Source: Octopus vulgaris
Lineage: Eukaryota
Length of the DNA: 64,000 nucleotides
Assembly (NCBI GenBank): GCA_951406725.2
Contig: OX597818.1
Location: forward strand, 41,974,001-42,038,000
Direction of reading: 5' to 3'
The position numbers were made by a program, and so were the translations under genes. Positions 26,201 to 39,500 of this stretch are shown here, one piece after another. Each line of letters opens with the position of its first letter. The stretch's first letter is position 1. Under the pieces are notes generated by a model. It was not told the DNA's origin. It did no database searches and worked only from the letters and a program-made list of their open reading frames with translations.

Positions 26201-29200
26201 GCTTCTCAGCCATGTGATTCCAGACTCTTGGCAAAAGATACAGATGAAATGTTTAATAAAATGCATGTATTCAAAACAAAAATACCTTGTGGTATTTTAT
26301 TTCACATAAGTTATACAAACTGTCTTGTCACTCTCACCATTGGAGATGTAATGAATTAGTAATTAGCTTGTTGGAAATTTATAACCACAGCTGTTCACAA
26401 AACAGGACGAGTGGACATGGATGGAAATGAGTTTGTCTCTTATTCTTGTATGAAGTCATAGATAAATTTCTTTTCTGCTGATACCCATTGTAGTGTCTGC
26501 CTTACAAAACCCATTTTATAGATATATTTGGCATTGTCAGAAACTTATCCAGGCTTTATACCCCAACCACCTATGGAGCGTCTTTACTGATTAGCAAAAG
26601 GTTATAAACATCCTATGTACAGTGTTCAAGAGAAATTTTAATTCAAATAATTCTCCCCTCTCCCCACTTTATGCTGGTGTATTTCTGGCATCATGTATCT
26701 GAAAATACTGATTTAAGTTGGCGAGCTGGCAGAATCATTTGCATGCCGGGTGAAATGCTTAACAGTATTTTGTCTGCCTCTACGTTCTAAGTTCAAATTC
26801 TGCCGAGGTTGACTTTGCCTTTCATCCTTTCAGGGTTGATTAAATAAGTACCAGTTATGCACTGGGTTCGATGTAATCAACTTAATCCTTTTGTCTGTCC
26901 TTGTTTGTCCCCTCTCTGTTTAGCCCCTTGTAGGCAATAAAGAAATAAATACTGATTTCAAATTTTGGTACAAGGCCAGAATTTCAGAGGAAGGTGACAC
27001 GATAAAAATACCATCCGAAAATGGTCAATGTCAGTGTCCCCTGACTGGCTCCATGCCAGTGGCACATAAAAAGCACCATCCAAATGTGGTCAATTCCAGT
27101 GTGTCCTCTGACTGGCTCCCGTACCAGTGGCATGTAAAAAGCACCATCTGAACGTGGTCAATGCCAGTGCCCCCAGACTAACTCCATGCCAGTAGTATAT
27201 AAAAAGTACCATCCGAACATGGCTGATACCAGGCCCACCTGACTGGCTCCCGTGCTGGTGACACGTAAAAGGTACCCACTACACTGTCACAGCGATTGGC
27301 ATTAGGAAAGGCATCAAGCTGTTGAAACATTGCCAAATCAGATTGGAGCCCGGTCCAGCCACTGGCTCTCCAGACCTCAGTCAAACCATCCAACCCATGC
27401 CAGCATGGAAAACGGACATTAAACGATGATGATGAGGTAAGTTGATTGCATTGTCCCCATTGCTCAACTGGTACTTATTTTATCAATCTCGGTGGAATTT
27501 GAACTCAGAAGATAAAGCCGGATGATACGCTGCTAAGCATTTTGCCCAGCATGCCACCTTCATGTATATGAAAATATTGATACAGTTTTAAAACTGCCTT
27601 CAGGTCTTCATGTTGGAAAAATAGGTGCCACAGCAAGGTTCATTGATAGCTTCCTAAAATGCATCGTTATCTTTATTTTCTTTTTGAGAAATATGGAAAA
27701 GAAATTTTTTTCAAGTTCTCATTCCAGTTTGGAATTATTCTTGCTTTCACTACTGTCTGAGAGAGCCAAAATATTTGGAGAATATAAAATTTATGTTGTA
27801 ACAAATTCAAATGGTGATGGTGTTCAACAGATGTTAGTTAACCTGGTGAAATCAGGTTGTAATTTACATACTGATGCAATTTGTGTTGATATTTTGATTT
27901 AAATATAAATAGGTAAATCTGGGTGGAGGCACGTGGCTTAGTGGTTAGGGTGTCAGCACCATGATCGTAAGATTGTGGTTTCGATTCCTGGACCGGGCGA
28001 CGCATTGTGTTCTTGAGCAAAACATTTCATTTCACGTTGCTCCAGTCCACTCAGCTGGCAAAAATGAGTAATGCTGTAATGGACTGGCATCCCGTCCAGC
28101 TGGAGAACACATACGCCATAGAAACCGGGAAACTGGGCCCATGAGCCTGGCTGGGCTTTAAAAGGGCGCATGTGGAGGTGCAATGGCCCAGTGGTTAGGG
28201 CAGCAGACTTGCAGTCAGAGGATTGCAGTTTCAATTCCCAGACTGGGCATTGTGTGTGTTTATTGAGCGAAAACACTTAAAAGCTCCACGAGGCTCCGGC
28301 AGGGGGTGTGGCGACCCCTGTTGTACTCTTTCACCAGAACTTTCTCTCACTCTCTCTTCCTGTTTCTTGAGTAATGCTTCAATGGACTGGCATCCCATCC
28401 AGCTGGGGGGAACACATACGCCATTGAAACCGGGCCCATGAGCCTGGCTAGGCTTGAAAAAGGGCGACGTTTATCGTTACTAACACATGGCTGAAGGCAG
28501 TCTCAAGACAATTTTGTAATGAAATGGTTAAAGTTTTGAGCTTGTCACACACGAATGAATATTTTTGTAACTCTATATTGATTTTTTTTCTAATAGACAT
28601 CTGATGAAACATCCATTAAAACAAAAAGTGACAGCAATAACAACAACAATAACAGCAACACTAACAGTTCCAAGGCTTCAGTTACCAAATCAGTAATTGC
28701 TGGAATGTTTGCTCAATGCAATAAGAATAATATTTCCAAACAAGCATCTACAGATCAGAGTAGTAATAATTCTGAACCGAAGAAGGAACAGGCAGCTAAA
28801 AAGGTTGGTAGGAGTTGAACTAAATATTGTTGATCAATGAAATAACACCTCTTTGAAAAATACCATGAATTTAATTTTAATAATAATTCAATCTTTTAGA
28901 ATGCCAATGATACAATTTCGCTCCAGTAAAAAAATTGAAAGATAATGAAATTTTACATTTTTTCTACTGAGCCCTAGCAGAGAAATTTGTTTGCATAGGC
29001 TGAAAATAGTGGTAGATTGAAAATAGTTGGTTCCTTAATTAGAATAAATCTGTTATGTATCATGTAGTTGCATTTCTTAAAAGTGTGTAATTTGTTGTTT
29101 TGTTGAAGTTTGTATTAGAAGATTTTAGGAAATGGTTGAGTTATTGTTAATTACTATTTTCAGGTTTCAAAGAAACCAACTGGTGTGCTATCTTTCTTTT

Positions 29201-30619
29201 CTTCTGCAGGTATGTATATTATTATTATTATGTGAGAGAGCAATGTATGCCATCAAAGTGACACTGGGGTACAAATATTCGGAGTCCAATATATCCATCA
29301 TAACTCCCCGTCTGATAAGGGTACACCAAGTACATGCATCACAACCATATGTGTGTGACATGGTGATCTCATTGTGCATGGACAGGGTGCTGAATGCACT
29401 TTTGTCAAAGGACAAAAAGCTAAAGCCAAGATGCTGAACGGACATAAAGATGAATGGACACAATAATAAAAAAAAATATTCCTACCTACATAGTTTTATG
29501 TCCAATTCATTGCTTTGGTACTTAGGATTTAACAAGATTAAATATTAATTTTCTTGTCTTTTCGGCATCTTGTCTGTTCAGCTTCATGACTTCAGCTTCT
29601 CATCCTTCGGCAAAAGTGCATTCAGCCTCCTGTCCAAGTACTGACCACATATCAAGATAAATAACACATAACCTTGCAGATGGGGCTCAGTTAGAATTTT
29701 CTTCAGGTTGAGTAGCCCATCCTGCTCAAAAGATCCCTGAATAAAGTTTGTTTAAGGATGATGAATGAAGCACCCATGTTTCCAGAGGTGAATTATTCAA
29801 ACCCCAAAGAATTCTTCTCAATGCAAGGTGGCAGAATCTTTAGCACGCTGAACGAAATGCTTAGCGATATTACACTCATCGCTATGTTCTGAGTTCAAAT
29901 TCTGCTGAGGTTGACTTTACTTTTCATCATTTCAGGGTCTATAAAATAAATACCAGTTGAACACTGGGGTTGATGTAATCGACTCATCCTTTCCCCCAAA
30001 ATTGCTGCCCACGTGCCAAAATTTGAAACCATTAGACAACTGTGCTGGTATGGTCATGTGTTGCATATGGATGAGGACAGCTGTGTGTAAAAGTATCATA
30101 CCCTAGCAGTAGAGGGAACCTGTGGAAAAGGTAGACCCAGGAAGACCTTGGATGAGGTGGTGAAGCATGACCTTCAAACCGAGATGATGACAAGTGAATG
30201 AGACCTTTGGAGATATGCTGTGCTTGAGAAGACCCAGCAAGCTAAGTGAGACTGTAACCATGGTGTATGCCAGTGCAGCATAACCAGCCCATTTAAGAGT
30301 ACTTGTCAATCATTGGGCAATAAACTGCGCTTGTGAAGACCTGTTGAGGCAAGTGAAATCATCATTGTGGCCAATGAGAGTGCCGGCTGACTGGTCGCAT
30401 GCTGTGGCATGTAAAAAGCACCATTCGAGCATGGTTGATGCCAATACCACCTGAGTGGCCCTTGTGCCAGTGACACGTAAAAAGCACCCACTACACTCTC
30501 GGAGTGGTTGGCGTTAGGAAGGGCATCCAGCTGTAAAAACTTTGCCAGATCAGATTGGAGCCTGGTGTAGCCTTCTGGCTTGCCAGCATGGAAAACGGAT
30601 GTTAAACGACGATTATGAT

Positions 30620-30654
<35 letters not shown>

Positions 30655-33511
30655 GGCAAGCTGGCATTAACCCTTTCGTTACCAAACCGCCCAAAGCCGC
30701 CCGAAAAAAATTTTGGTTAATGTGACCAAACCGCCCAAAGCCGCCCGAATTTACCTATTCATATTTAAATGAGAATATCACAGCAAATCTCTTTAGTACA
30801 TTCGTGAAAACACGTATTATACTTCGTAAACAGTTCAACTACAGTTTTGTACAATAATCGAAGTGTAATTTTAATTCCGTGAATTTTGAGAGATTTTTTT
30901 CTGAAATTTGTTCCTATTGTGTTTTCAAAATTTGTAATTCGGACAAAAAATGGATACGAATTTCATTATATCAAGCAGCGAGTCAGAATTCGAAGAATTT
31001 TCTACTGAAGACCTTCATAAATCTAACTCTATGACTGAAAAAAAAAAGCACGTGGTATTTGATAATGAATCTGATGTTTCATTTTCCGAAAGTGAAAACA
31101 GTGAATCTGAGATCTCCGATAGCGATAAAGAAAACGAATTGGCACCTGAATGGAGTGAAAATTTAAAAACTGTTTCTTTCGGTGATTTTTCTGAACAAAC
31201 TGGACCAAGCCACAGACTTTCCTAGAAGAGTAAAGCCTTAGACTATTTCTTTTTACTTTTTCGAATGAGCCTATTTGAAATCATTACGGCGGAAACGAAT
31301 CGTTACGCTAAATGTAAACAAAGCGAAAGAAACGATAGTTTGTGGTTTCCCATAACCTTAAATGAAATTAAGACTATTTTGCCGTAAATATTATTATGGG
31401 TATCAGAAAGTTACCCAGAATAACAAATTCTATCGTAAAATTTTGTTGTATACCCAATTGAATATTAGCTAATAACCCATTTTCTATAGCAATGTTTGAA
31501 CAAAATTTTAATTTTACATTTTGTTGAATTTACCTGTATCTACCTGCAATTAGAGTCACTTTGTGACAAAAATTATAGTATAGAATTGGTTGAGAATATT
31601 TCATTAAATTATCTTCCAAAAATCAGATTAATATATTGATAAATAAAAAAGTTATAGTTGTTTAATGAAACCAGACTAAATTTATGATTACGTTAGAAAT
31701 TAATTGAAACACATAAGGGGTGTATTTTGGTCAGAAATATAGTAACGAAAGGGTTAAAGTGGTGAGCTGGCAAAATTATTAGCATGCTGGGTGAAATGCT
31801 TAGTGGTATTTCCTCTGCCGCTACGTTCAGAGTTCAATTTCAGTCAAGGTTGATTTGCCTTTCATCCTTTTGGACTTGATAAATTAAGTACCAATGAAAC
31901 ACTGGGGTCGATGTAAATAACTTGTCCCCTCCCCACAAATTTCAGGCCTTGTGACTTTAGTAGAAGGAGTATTGTCATTACCTTTTTTTCTCTTTTTGTC
32001 AGTAATACAGTAATATCTTGTGAAACTAGGAGTATTGGTGTTACCTGTAATATGGTGTGTGCAATACCTGTTGAAGAGTGAGTAGGTCATGACTTCAAAT
32101 TTTCTGAGGTCTCATTAGTGTTGATGAGGTGATTGCCTAACTATTAGGTTGAGGAAAACGTTTGTGCGCCATGTTAAAATGATGCTTTTTTTTAAATATA
32201 TTTTTGTAGTGTTTGTGTTAATTCAGTCAATGTCATGTTCAATGGAAACTAACTGTATTCGTCGAAAACGTGCTTTGTTTCAACAAGACTATACAATGCT
32301 GCATACTGCCAGAAACCCAGCAACAAGATTGAAGAATTGGATGGTATGGAAGTTCTGCCGCATCCAGCCTATAGTCCAGACGTTGCTCCATCTGACTACG
32401 GTCTCTTCCGATCTATGCGGCACTTTATGAAAGTTTGCCGATTTGCATCATTCGATGAAGTTGAAGAAGCCTGTCAAGAATTTTTCGATTCAAAGCTGAA
32501 GGATTGGTACTTTGACCAAATCCAAAAGCTTGCAGATCATTAGAAGAAGGCCGTGGAAAATGATGGTCTTTAATCGTTGTTTTTGAATAAATTCTTGCAT
32601 AAAAAAATCATTATTTTAACACAGCACACAGACTTTTTCCTCAACCTAGTATTAATAAGTCCCAGACTTCTCTGGGAAATTTATTAATACAGGGAGATTT
32701 TTATATCTTGTATACTTGATACTATGGAAACCTGATGGCCCTATGGAGTTCTAGGATTAATACAAGTATTAGTTACAGTTTGTAAGCATTCCTGTGGTCC
32801 AGAATAAAAAAATTAACCTTATCAGAATTTGACAGTGGTGTGGATTGCTGATGGATAAAGCACCAGTGTTTTGGTTTTCATATGTTACAGGTTTGTATCT
32901 CATGGATGTAGTTATGTATTTGTAAACTTACCACAAATCCTTCGTTTTTGAAGTTAGGAAGTTTGGATTTGCAGGAGGTTTGATTAGGTATTTTGTTGAT
33001 TCAGAATGTTTTGATACAAGCTACCTTATTATATTATAATTTCCATTTTCTTACAGGAAAATCGGAGAGCATTGCGATCAAATCAGAAAATACAGAACCA
33101 TCTAGAAATACTTCTAATAATATGCAGTAAGTTTTATAGTTACGTATTGGAACAACACAGTTTAGTTAGAGTATTGAATATCAAAAGCAGGAAAGTAGAT
33201 TTAGTTGATGAAAAGTAGTTCATCATCTCCTCCTCCTTCCACTCCACCCCACTCCTCCCACTCCCCCTCTGCCGCTGCCACTACCACCACTATAACATCC
33301 ACTTTTCCATGCTTCTGGTAGAATAGGGTTTATTAAGGCAGATTTTCTATGGCCTGATGCCTTGCCTCTCACCAACTCATACCCATTTCCAAGCAAAGTA
33401 TTATTTTCCCATGGCCAGGCATGTTTTTGCAGAATGTTGGAAATGAAGGACGTTCAGTTACAACAATTACATAACGTCAAAAGGAGACATAAACACACAC
33501 ACACACACACA

Positions 33512-33554
<43 letters not shown>

Positions 33555-36500
33555 CTTGCTGTGCTATGACACGTCAAACTAAGTGAAATTGTAGCTATGG
33601 TCAATGTCGGTGGCATGTGTAAAGCACTTGTGCCAGTGACACGTTAACGGTACCCAGTACACTCTTTGGAGTGCTTGGTGTTAGAAAGGAGATCCAGCCT
33701 TGGAAACAGAAAGGAGCTTGGTGCAGCTTATCAGTTCCAAACTGTCTAACTCATGCAGCATGGAACATAGATACTAGTTGATGATGATGAAATTGATTAT
33801 ATATACAAGGTGAACTTTATGATAAACATTAGTTTATAAACTGAATTACTGCATATACTGTATCATTATATAAGAAAAAGTGAAATAAATAGAAAGTGTA
33901 TATAAATGCACTTTTGATTTCAACCTGCAATTTCACACTAAATGATACTGTATTTTACCATATTCCCTTAGTGAAATATCAAATCTGAAAACTTGTGATA
34001 CCTGTGCCAGTGGTACGTAAAAAGCACCATCCAAATGTGGCCGATGCCAGCGCCGCCTTGACTGGCTTCCCGTGCCGGTGGCATGTAAAAACTAGCAACC
34101 AATCATGGCTGTTGCCAGCCTCCCCTGGCCCCTGTGCTGGTGGCATGTCAAAAGCACCCACTACACTCATGAAGTGGTTGGCATTCAGCTGTAGAAACAT
34201 TGCCAGATCAGACTGGAACCTGGTGCAGCCTCCTGGTTTCTCAGACCCCGGTCGAACTGTCCAGCCCATGCTAGCATGGAAAATGGATGTTAAACGATTA
34301 TGATGATGATGATGATAGTTAAACCTAAAAGTTAAATTAATTAGCAAGTATTGTTTTAAGGAATGTTCTTATTTTCTCTTAAATAGGAAAGAAGTCAAAA
34401 AACCTCTTCAAGAATCTGATTCAGGTAAACTATTTTAATCTGCTTATTTTATGTAGTTGTTTCATTCATAACTTGTGCAGAAAATGGAATTATTCAGATT
34501 TTATGTTTAAGTATATGCAATGAACTTGAGAATGTATATTAATTAAATCTTATGTTCATTATAATCTTTTAAACATGAGAACACAAAGTAAACTCGTGTA
34601 TGTTGTGGGTATGTTCACATATGATTATACATGTACAGGCATTTCTTTCTAGTTCCTACCAGCTTCAGTTTTATGTCACTCTTCTTGGGTCAATAAATTG
34701 AATATTAGTAACATATTGATACTAATTCATGCAACTATATTAAAATACTTTTATTACTATAATTTATTATAATGTTTAAACTAAAAAAAAAGCTTGTGAC
34801 TAATTAAGGGAAATGATTTACAATGTAATTTTCAAATTAAGAGTATCTACTTAATTTGAAGTACCAGTATTTATTTAACATATTTGAGGTAATTTGTAAT
34901 AAAAGAAGTGCTGGTGAGTAGGAGTTTACACTGTAAAGTGGTTGGTGTTCAGAAGGTCATCCAGCTGTAAAACCTTGCCAAAACTGTCCTTGCCTATGCT
35001 TGTTTCACATAAAAAGCGCTAGGTCCACTCTGCTGGGCAGTTGGTGTTAGGAAGGGCATCCAGCTGTAAAAATCCTGCCAAGACAGTCACAGAAGTTTGG
35101 TGCAGGCTTCGACTTGGCTGGCTCTTGTACTGTCCCACCCATACTAGCAGGGAATACAGACGTTAAATGATGATGTAGATGTAATTTGATGTCTTATAAA
35201 AAATATGAGCTCATTATAAAGCTCTTGTTATTAAACAATTCTTAAAAGCAATGGTACTGTGGTGGATAATTAAGTTATATATATAATTATTCCACTAGTG
35301 TTATAACATAAGGCTAATGTATATTGAGTTCAGTTTTCTTACAGCTATCAACCTGTTACAGTCCCAATAGAATGTGGTACTTAAATTGAGACAAGTACAA
35401 TTTAATGCCTTTTCCATGGACGCAATAGAGTGCCTGTAGCCAAAACGCTTTTTAATTGTTTCAGTCAAAGACCTCTTTGAGGTCTTTGTTCATGTTTGCA
35501 GTGTACGCCTGACACAAAGTGTGTGGATTCTAGCTATATTTATTCAATCATTTCACTGTGTGTGTGTGTGTTGTGGGGCACCAAAATTAATGCTGAATTG
35601 ATCATATAAAGAATTTGTAGGAATTTAGGGAGCGAGTTAGCCTAGATGAGATGCAGTTTGGTTTTGTGCCAGGCAGAAGCACCACTGATGCTATATTTCT
35701 GGTAAGGCAACGGCAGGAGAAATATCTAGCCAAAGATAAACCTCTGTACTTGGCTTTTGTTGACTTGGAGAAAGCCTTTAACAGGGTCTCCCAGTCCCTT
35801 ATCTGGTGGTCAGTGAGGAAACTGGGGATAGATGAGTGGTAAGAGCTGTACAAGCCATGTACAGGGATGCTGTCAGTAAGGTGAGGGTTGGCAATGAGTA
35901 CAGTGAATAATTCTGAGTAGATGTACTGCAGGAATTTTGCATATGGGTGAAAACACTTTCTTCTGCTTAACTTTAAGCAAATGGTACCAAACTCTTTGAG
36001 AATATTACTTGTATACAGGCTCAAGATTTAACTCTCATTCATGCAGTTCCTTGAAAATAGAACTAGACACTAGTATTTATGAAACTGAGCTTTTAAAAAC
36101 ATTTATAAATTTATATATTTTAAGCACTTCTGTCAAAACAAAAATATAATTATATATTTTTCCCTCATCTAGAAGATGATATGTTCCAAACAAAGAAGCG
36201 GCGCCGCATTGTCCGAAATATCAGTAGTGAAGAAGGTATAGTTTATATTTTGTTTCTAATTGAAAGAAAAAAAGTTGAATCCCTCTCTTTGTCATGACGT
36301 ATATGTATGGTATATGAAGGGCTTACCAGACACATGCATGGGAATGGCTTTTGAGTAATTGTTTAAAAAACAACTTGAATATATCTGATTTTGATTGGAA
36401 AAATAAGATTCATCTGCTGTCTTATATAACATCTATCCCAGTTTAACTGAAAAAGAATTCAGATGCATGAAGCCAGCAACTTGCAGATTGTATTTTAATG

Positions 36501-39500
36501 GTTATCATGAAATCGACCAAATAGGAACTTATACCGGTTTTGAAAGTAAACTCCTCATATATACTCTCTTTTTCTCTTTTACTCTTTTACCATGCTGGAG
36601 CACCACCTTTAGTCGAGCAAATCAACCCCAGGACTTATTCTTTGGAAGCCTAGTACTTATTCTATCAGTCTCTTTTGCCGAACCACTAAGTTACGGGGAC
36701 GTAAACACACCACCATCGGTTGTCAATTGATGTTGGGGGACAAACAGACACACATATATATACATATATACGACGAGCTTCTTTCAGTTTCCATATACCA
36801 AATCTACTCACAAGGCATTGGTCAGCCCAAGGCTATAGTAGAAGACACTTGCCCAAGATGCCACGCAGTGGGACTGAACCAGGAACCATGTGGTTCGTAA
36901 GCAAGCTACTTACCACACAGCCACTCCTACGCCTATATATATCATAATTTTTATACCCACTTCCCCAGCAAATCTGTCCAACCTGTGCCAGTATGAAAAG
37001 AGAATGTGAAAATTGTATCATCAGCATCATCATTGTTTTAACATCTTCTTTTCCATACATGCATGAGTCAAATGGAATTTGTTGCGGCAGATTTTCTGTG
37101 GTGCAGGCATAGTTGTGTGATTAAGGAGTTTGCTTCCCACCCACATTGGTTTCAGGTTCAGTCCTGCTGTGTAATACATTGGGTGTCTTCTCCTAAAGCC
37201 CTTGTGAATTGATTTGGTAGACATCAACTGAAAGAATCCCATTGTAAGTGTATGTGTACATATGTTTATGTGAGTGTGTATATTTGTGTCTCCCGGTCTT
37301 AATATTAATTGATTACTGTAAATGACTGTCATTCATTGCCGATATTCTGCAAAAACATGTCTGGTCGTGAGGAAATATTACTTCGCTTGGAAACATGTAT
37401 GGGTTGGCAACAGGAAGGGCAACCTAGCTGTAGAAAATCTACCTCAGTAAACTCTGTCCAACCTATGCAAACAAGGAAAAGTGGATGTTAAAAAGATGAC
37501 GATGATACTATATGAAGCAGTCATTACGGGTACCATATGATATATTAGTTTATAGAACTACTTGCTTGTATACGGGTCCAAGATTTAGCTCTCCTTCATG
37601 CAATTCCTTGAAAATAGAACTGAACCCTAGTATTTATAAAACTGAACTTTTAAAAACGTATATTTTAAGCACTTCTGTCAAAGCAAAAATATAATTATAC
37701 ATTTTTTTCCTCATGTAGAAGATGATTTGTTCCAAGATAAGAAGCGGCACCGCATAGTCCAAAATAGCAGTAGTGAAGAAGGTATAGTTTATATTTTGTT
37801 TCTAATTGAAAGAAAAAAAAACTGAATCTCCCTCTCTCTCTCTCTCTGTCATGACATATGTGTATGGTATGTTTGTTTGTTCCTTCTCGAGCCATGCCTG
37901 GCTCATAGGGCCGGTTTCCTTAGCGTATAAGTTCCCCATCTGGATGGGACGCCAGTCCATCGCAGGTGAGCTGCAAGATGCAGGAAGAAAGAGTGAGAGA
38001 AAGTTGTGGTGAAAGAGTCAGCAGAAGTTCGCCATTACCTTCTGCTGGAGCCGCGTGGAGCTTAGGTGTTTTCACTCATAAACACACACATTGCCCGGTC
38101 TGAGATTCAAACCCGTGATCCCTCGACCACGAGTCTGCTGCTCTAACCACTAGGCTATGTGCCTCCACTATGTGTATGATATATATATCATAATTTTTAT
38201 GCCCACTTCCCCAGCAAATCTGTCTAACCTGTGCCAGTATGAAAAGGAAATGTGAAAATTATATCATCATATCTTTTTTCCTTACTTGCATGAGTCAAAT
38301 GGAATTTGTTGCAGCAGATTTTCTGTGGCTGGATACCTTTCCTGTCACTGACACTTCTTTCCAAATTGCTGAATATCTGTCTGTAGATGACGAGTAAGAG
38401 AAATAGATGAAAGCATCTAGTAATTATATCTACCTTGCTAATGGCAAAAGTAGAATCAGTGTTTACTGCATTAATAGTTTAGCAACTTAATCTTCTCTGA
38501 CATTTCTCTAATCATTGCACTTAGTTCATTCATATCTGCTCATTTTGAATTGAATCTCAAATGTATTTATTCTTAGAAATGGAACCAGAGGAACCACTTC
38601 CAAGTCCACCTAGTCCAGAGATGATGCCCACTGATGCTGATATCAAGGATGACGCAAGGGAAGAAGGTTCAGCTGTAGAAAATGGCAGTAAGCAAAACAC
38701 TGAAGAAGCAGCAAGAGAAACAGAATCTAGAATTGTCGTTAATAAAGATGGAAAACGAAGGAAACGGATAAAAAGACAGAAAAACAAGAGGTTTTTGGAT
38801 GATGAAGGTTTTATGGGTCTGTATTTTTTTGGTTTTTCTTACTTTGAAGAATGTGATTTTTCTGCATATATATGCAGGTATGACTGTTGTTAAGAAATTT
38901 GCTTTGCAACTAAATGGTTTTCGGTTCAGTCCCACTACGCAGCACCCTGGGTTTATGTCTTCTATAGTAACTGCAGTCCAACCGATGCCTTGTGAGTGAA
39001 TTTATTGGGTGGTAACTGTGTGGAAGCCCATCATAAATTTGTATGTGTCTTTGTGGTTGTCCCCTCATTGATTCAGTCACTGTTTATGTAGGTCCCTTAA
39101 ACTTAGCAGTTTGGCAAAAGAGATGAACAGACTAAGTAGCAGACTTAAAAAAGTAAATAGTAGGGTCAGTTTATTTGACTAAACCCTTCAAGGTGCTGCC
39201 TTGGCTGGGCTGCAGTCCAGTGACTAAAAGATAAAAGGTATATTCTTTCCTGTGGAATTCCTTTGCCATTACCCTAATGCCGTTTATGTCTTGTACAAAA
39301 ATATTACCTTATTAGTAACTGTTTACTGTTTTCATGTTAATGATTGAGTTGACAGAATCATTAAGCACAGGCATACCTGCGTGCTTCTGAAATTTGATTC
39401 CCAACCATATGGTTACAAGTTCAGTCCCACTGCCTAGCACCTTGGGCATGTAACTTCTAGTATAGTCCCAAGCTGACCAAAGTCTTGTGAGTGGGTTTGG

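Larger units (their letters stand above)
36006..38330 (+). repeat. Local tandem duplication containing POLD3 exon 11
   Basis: 36006-36320 matches about 37560-37870, and 36933-37101 matches about 38180-38328; different SINEs interrupt each copy. Confidence 0.9.

Noticed and set aside
26995-27290. CRISPR-like repeat-spacer array
   Set aside because: The units are degenerate tandem repeats with homologous 'spacers', are part of a dispersed LINE tail, and there are no cas genes in this eukaryotic context.
27923-28260. tRNA genes (also at 17653, 18777 and 38100)
   Set aside because: A and B boxes are present but there is no complete cloverleaf or acceptor stem, and they run into SINE bodies.
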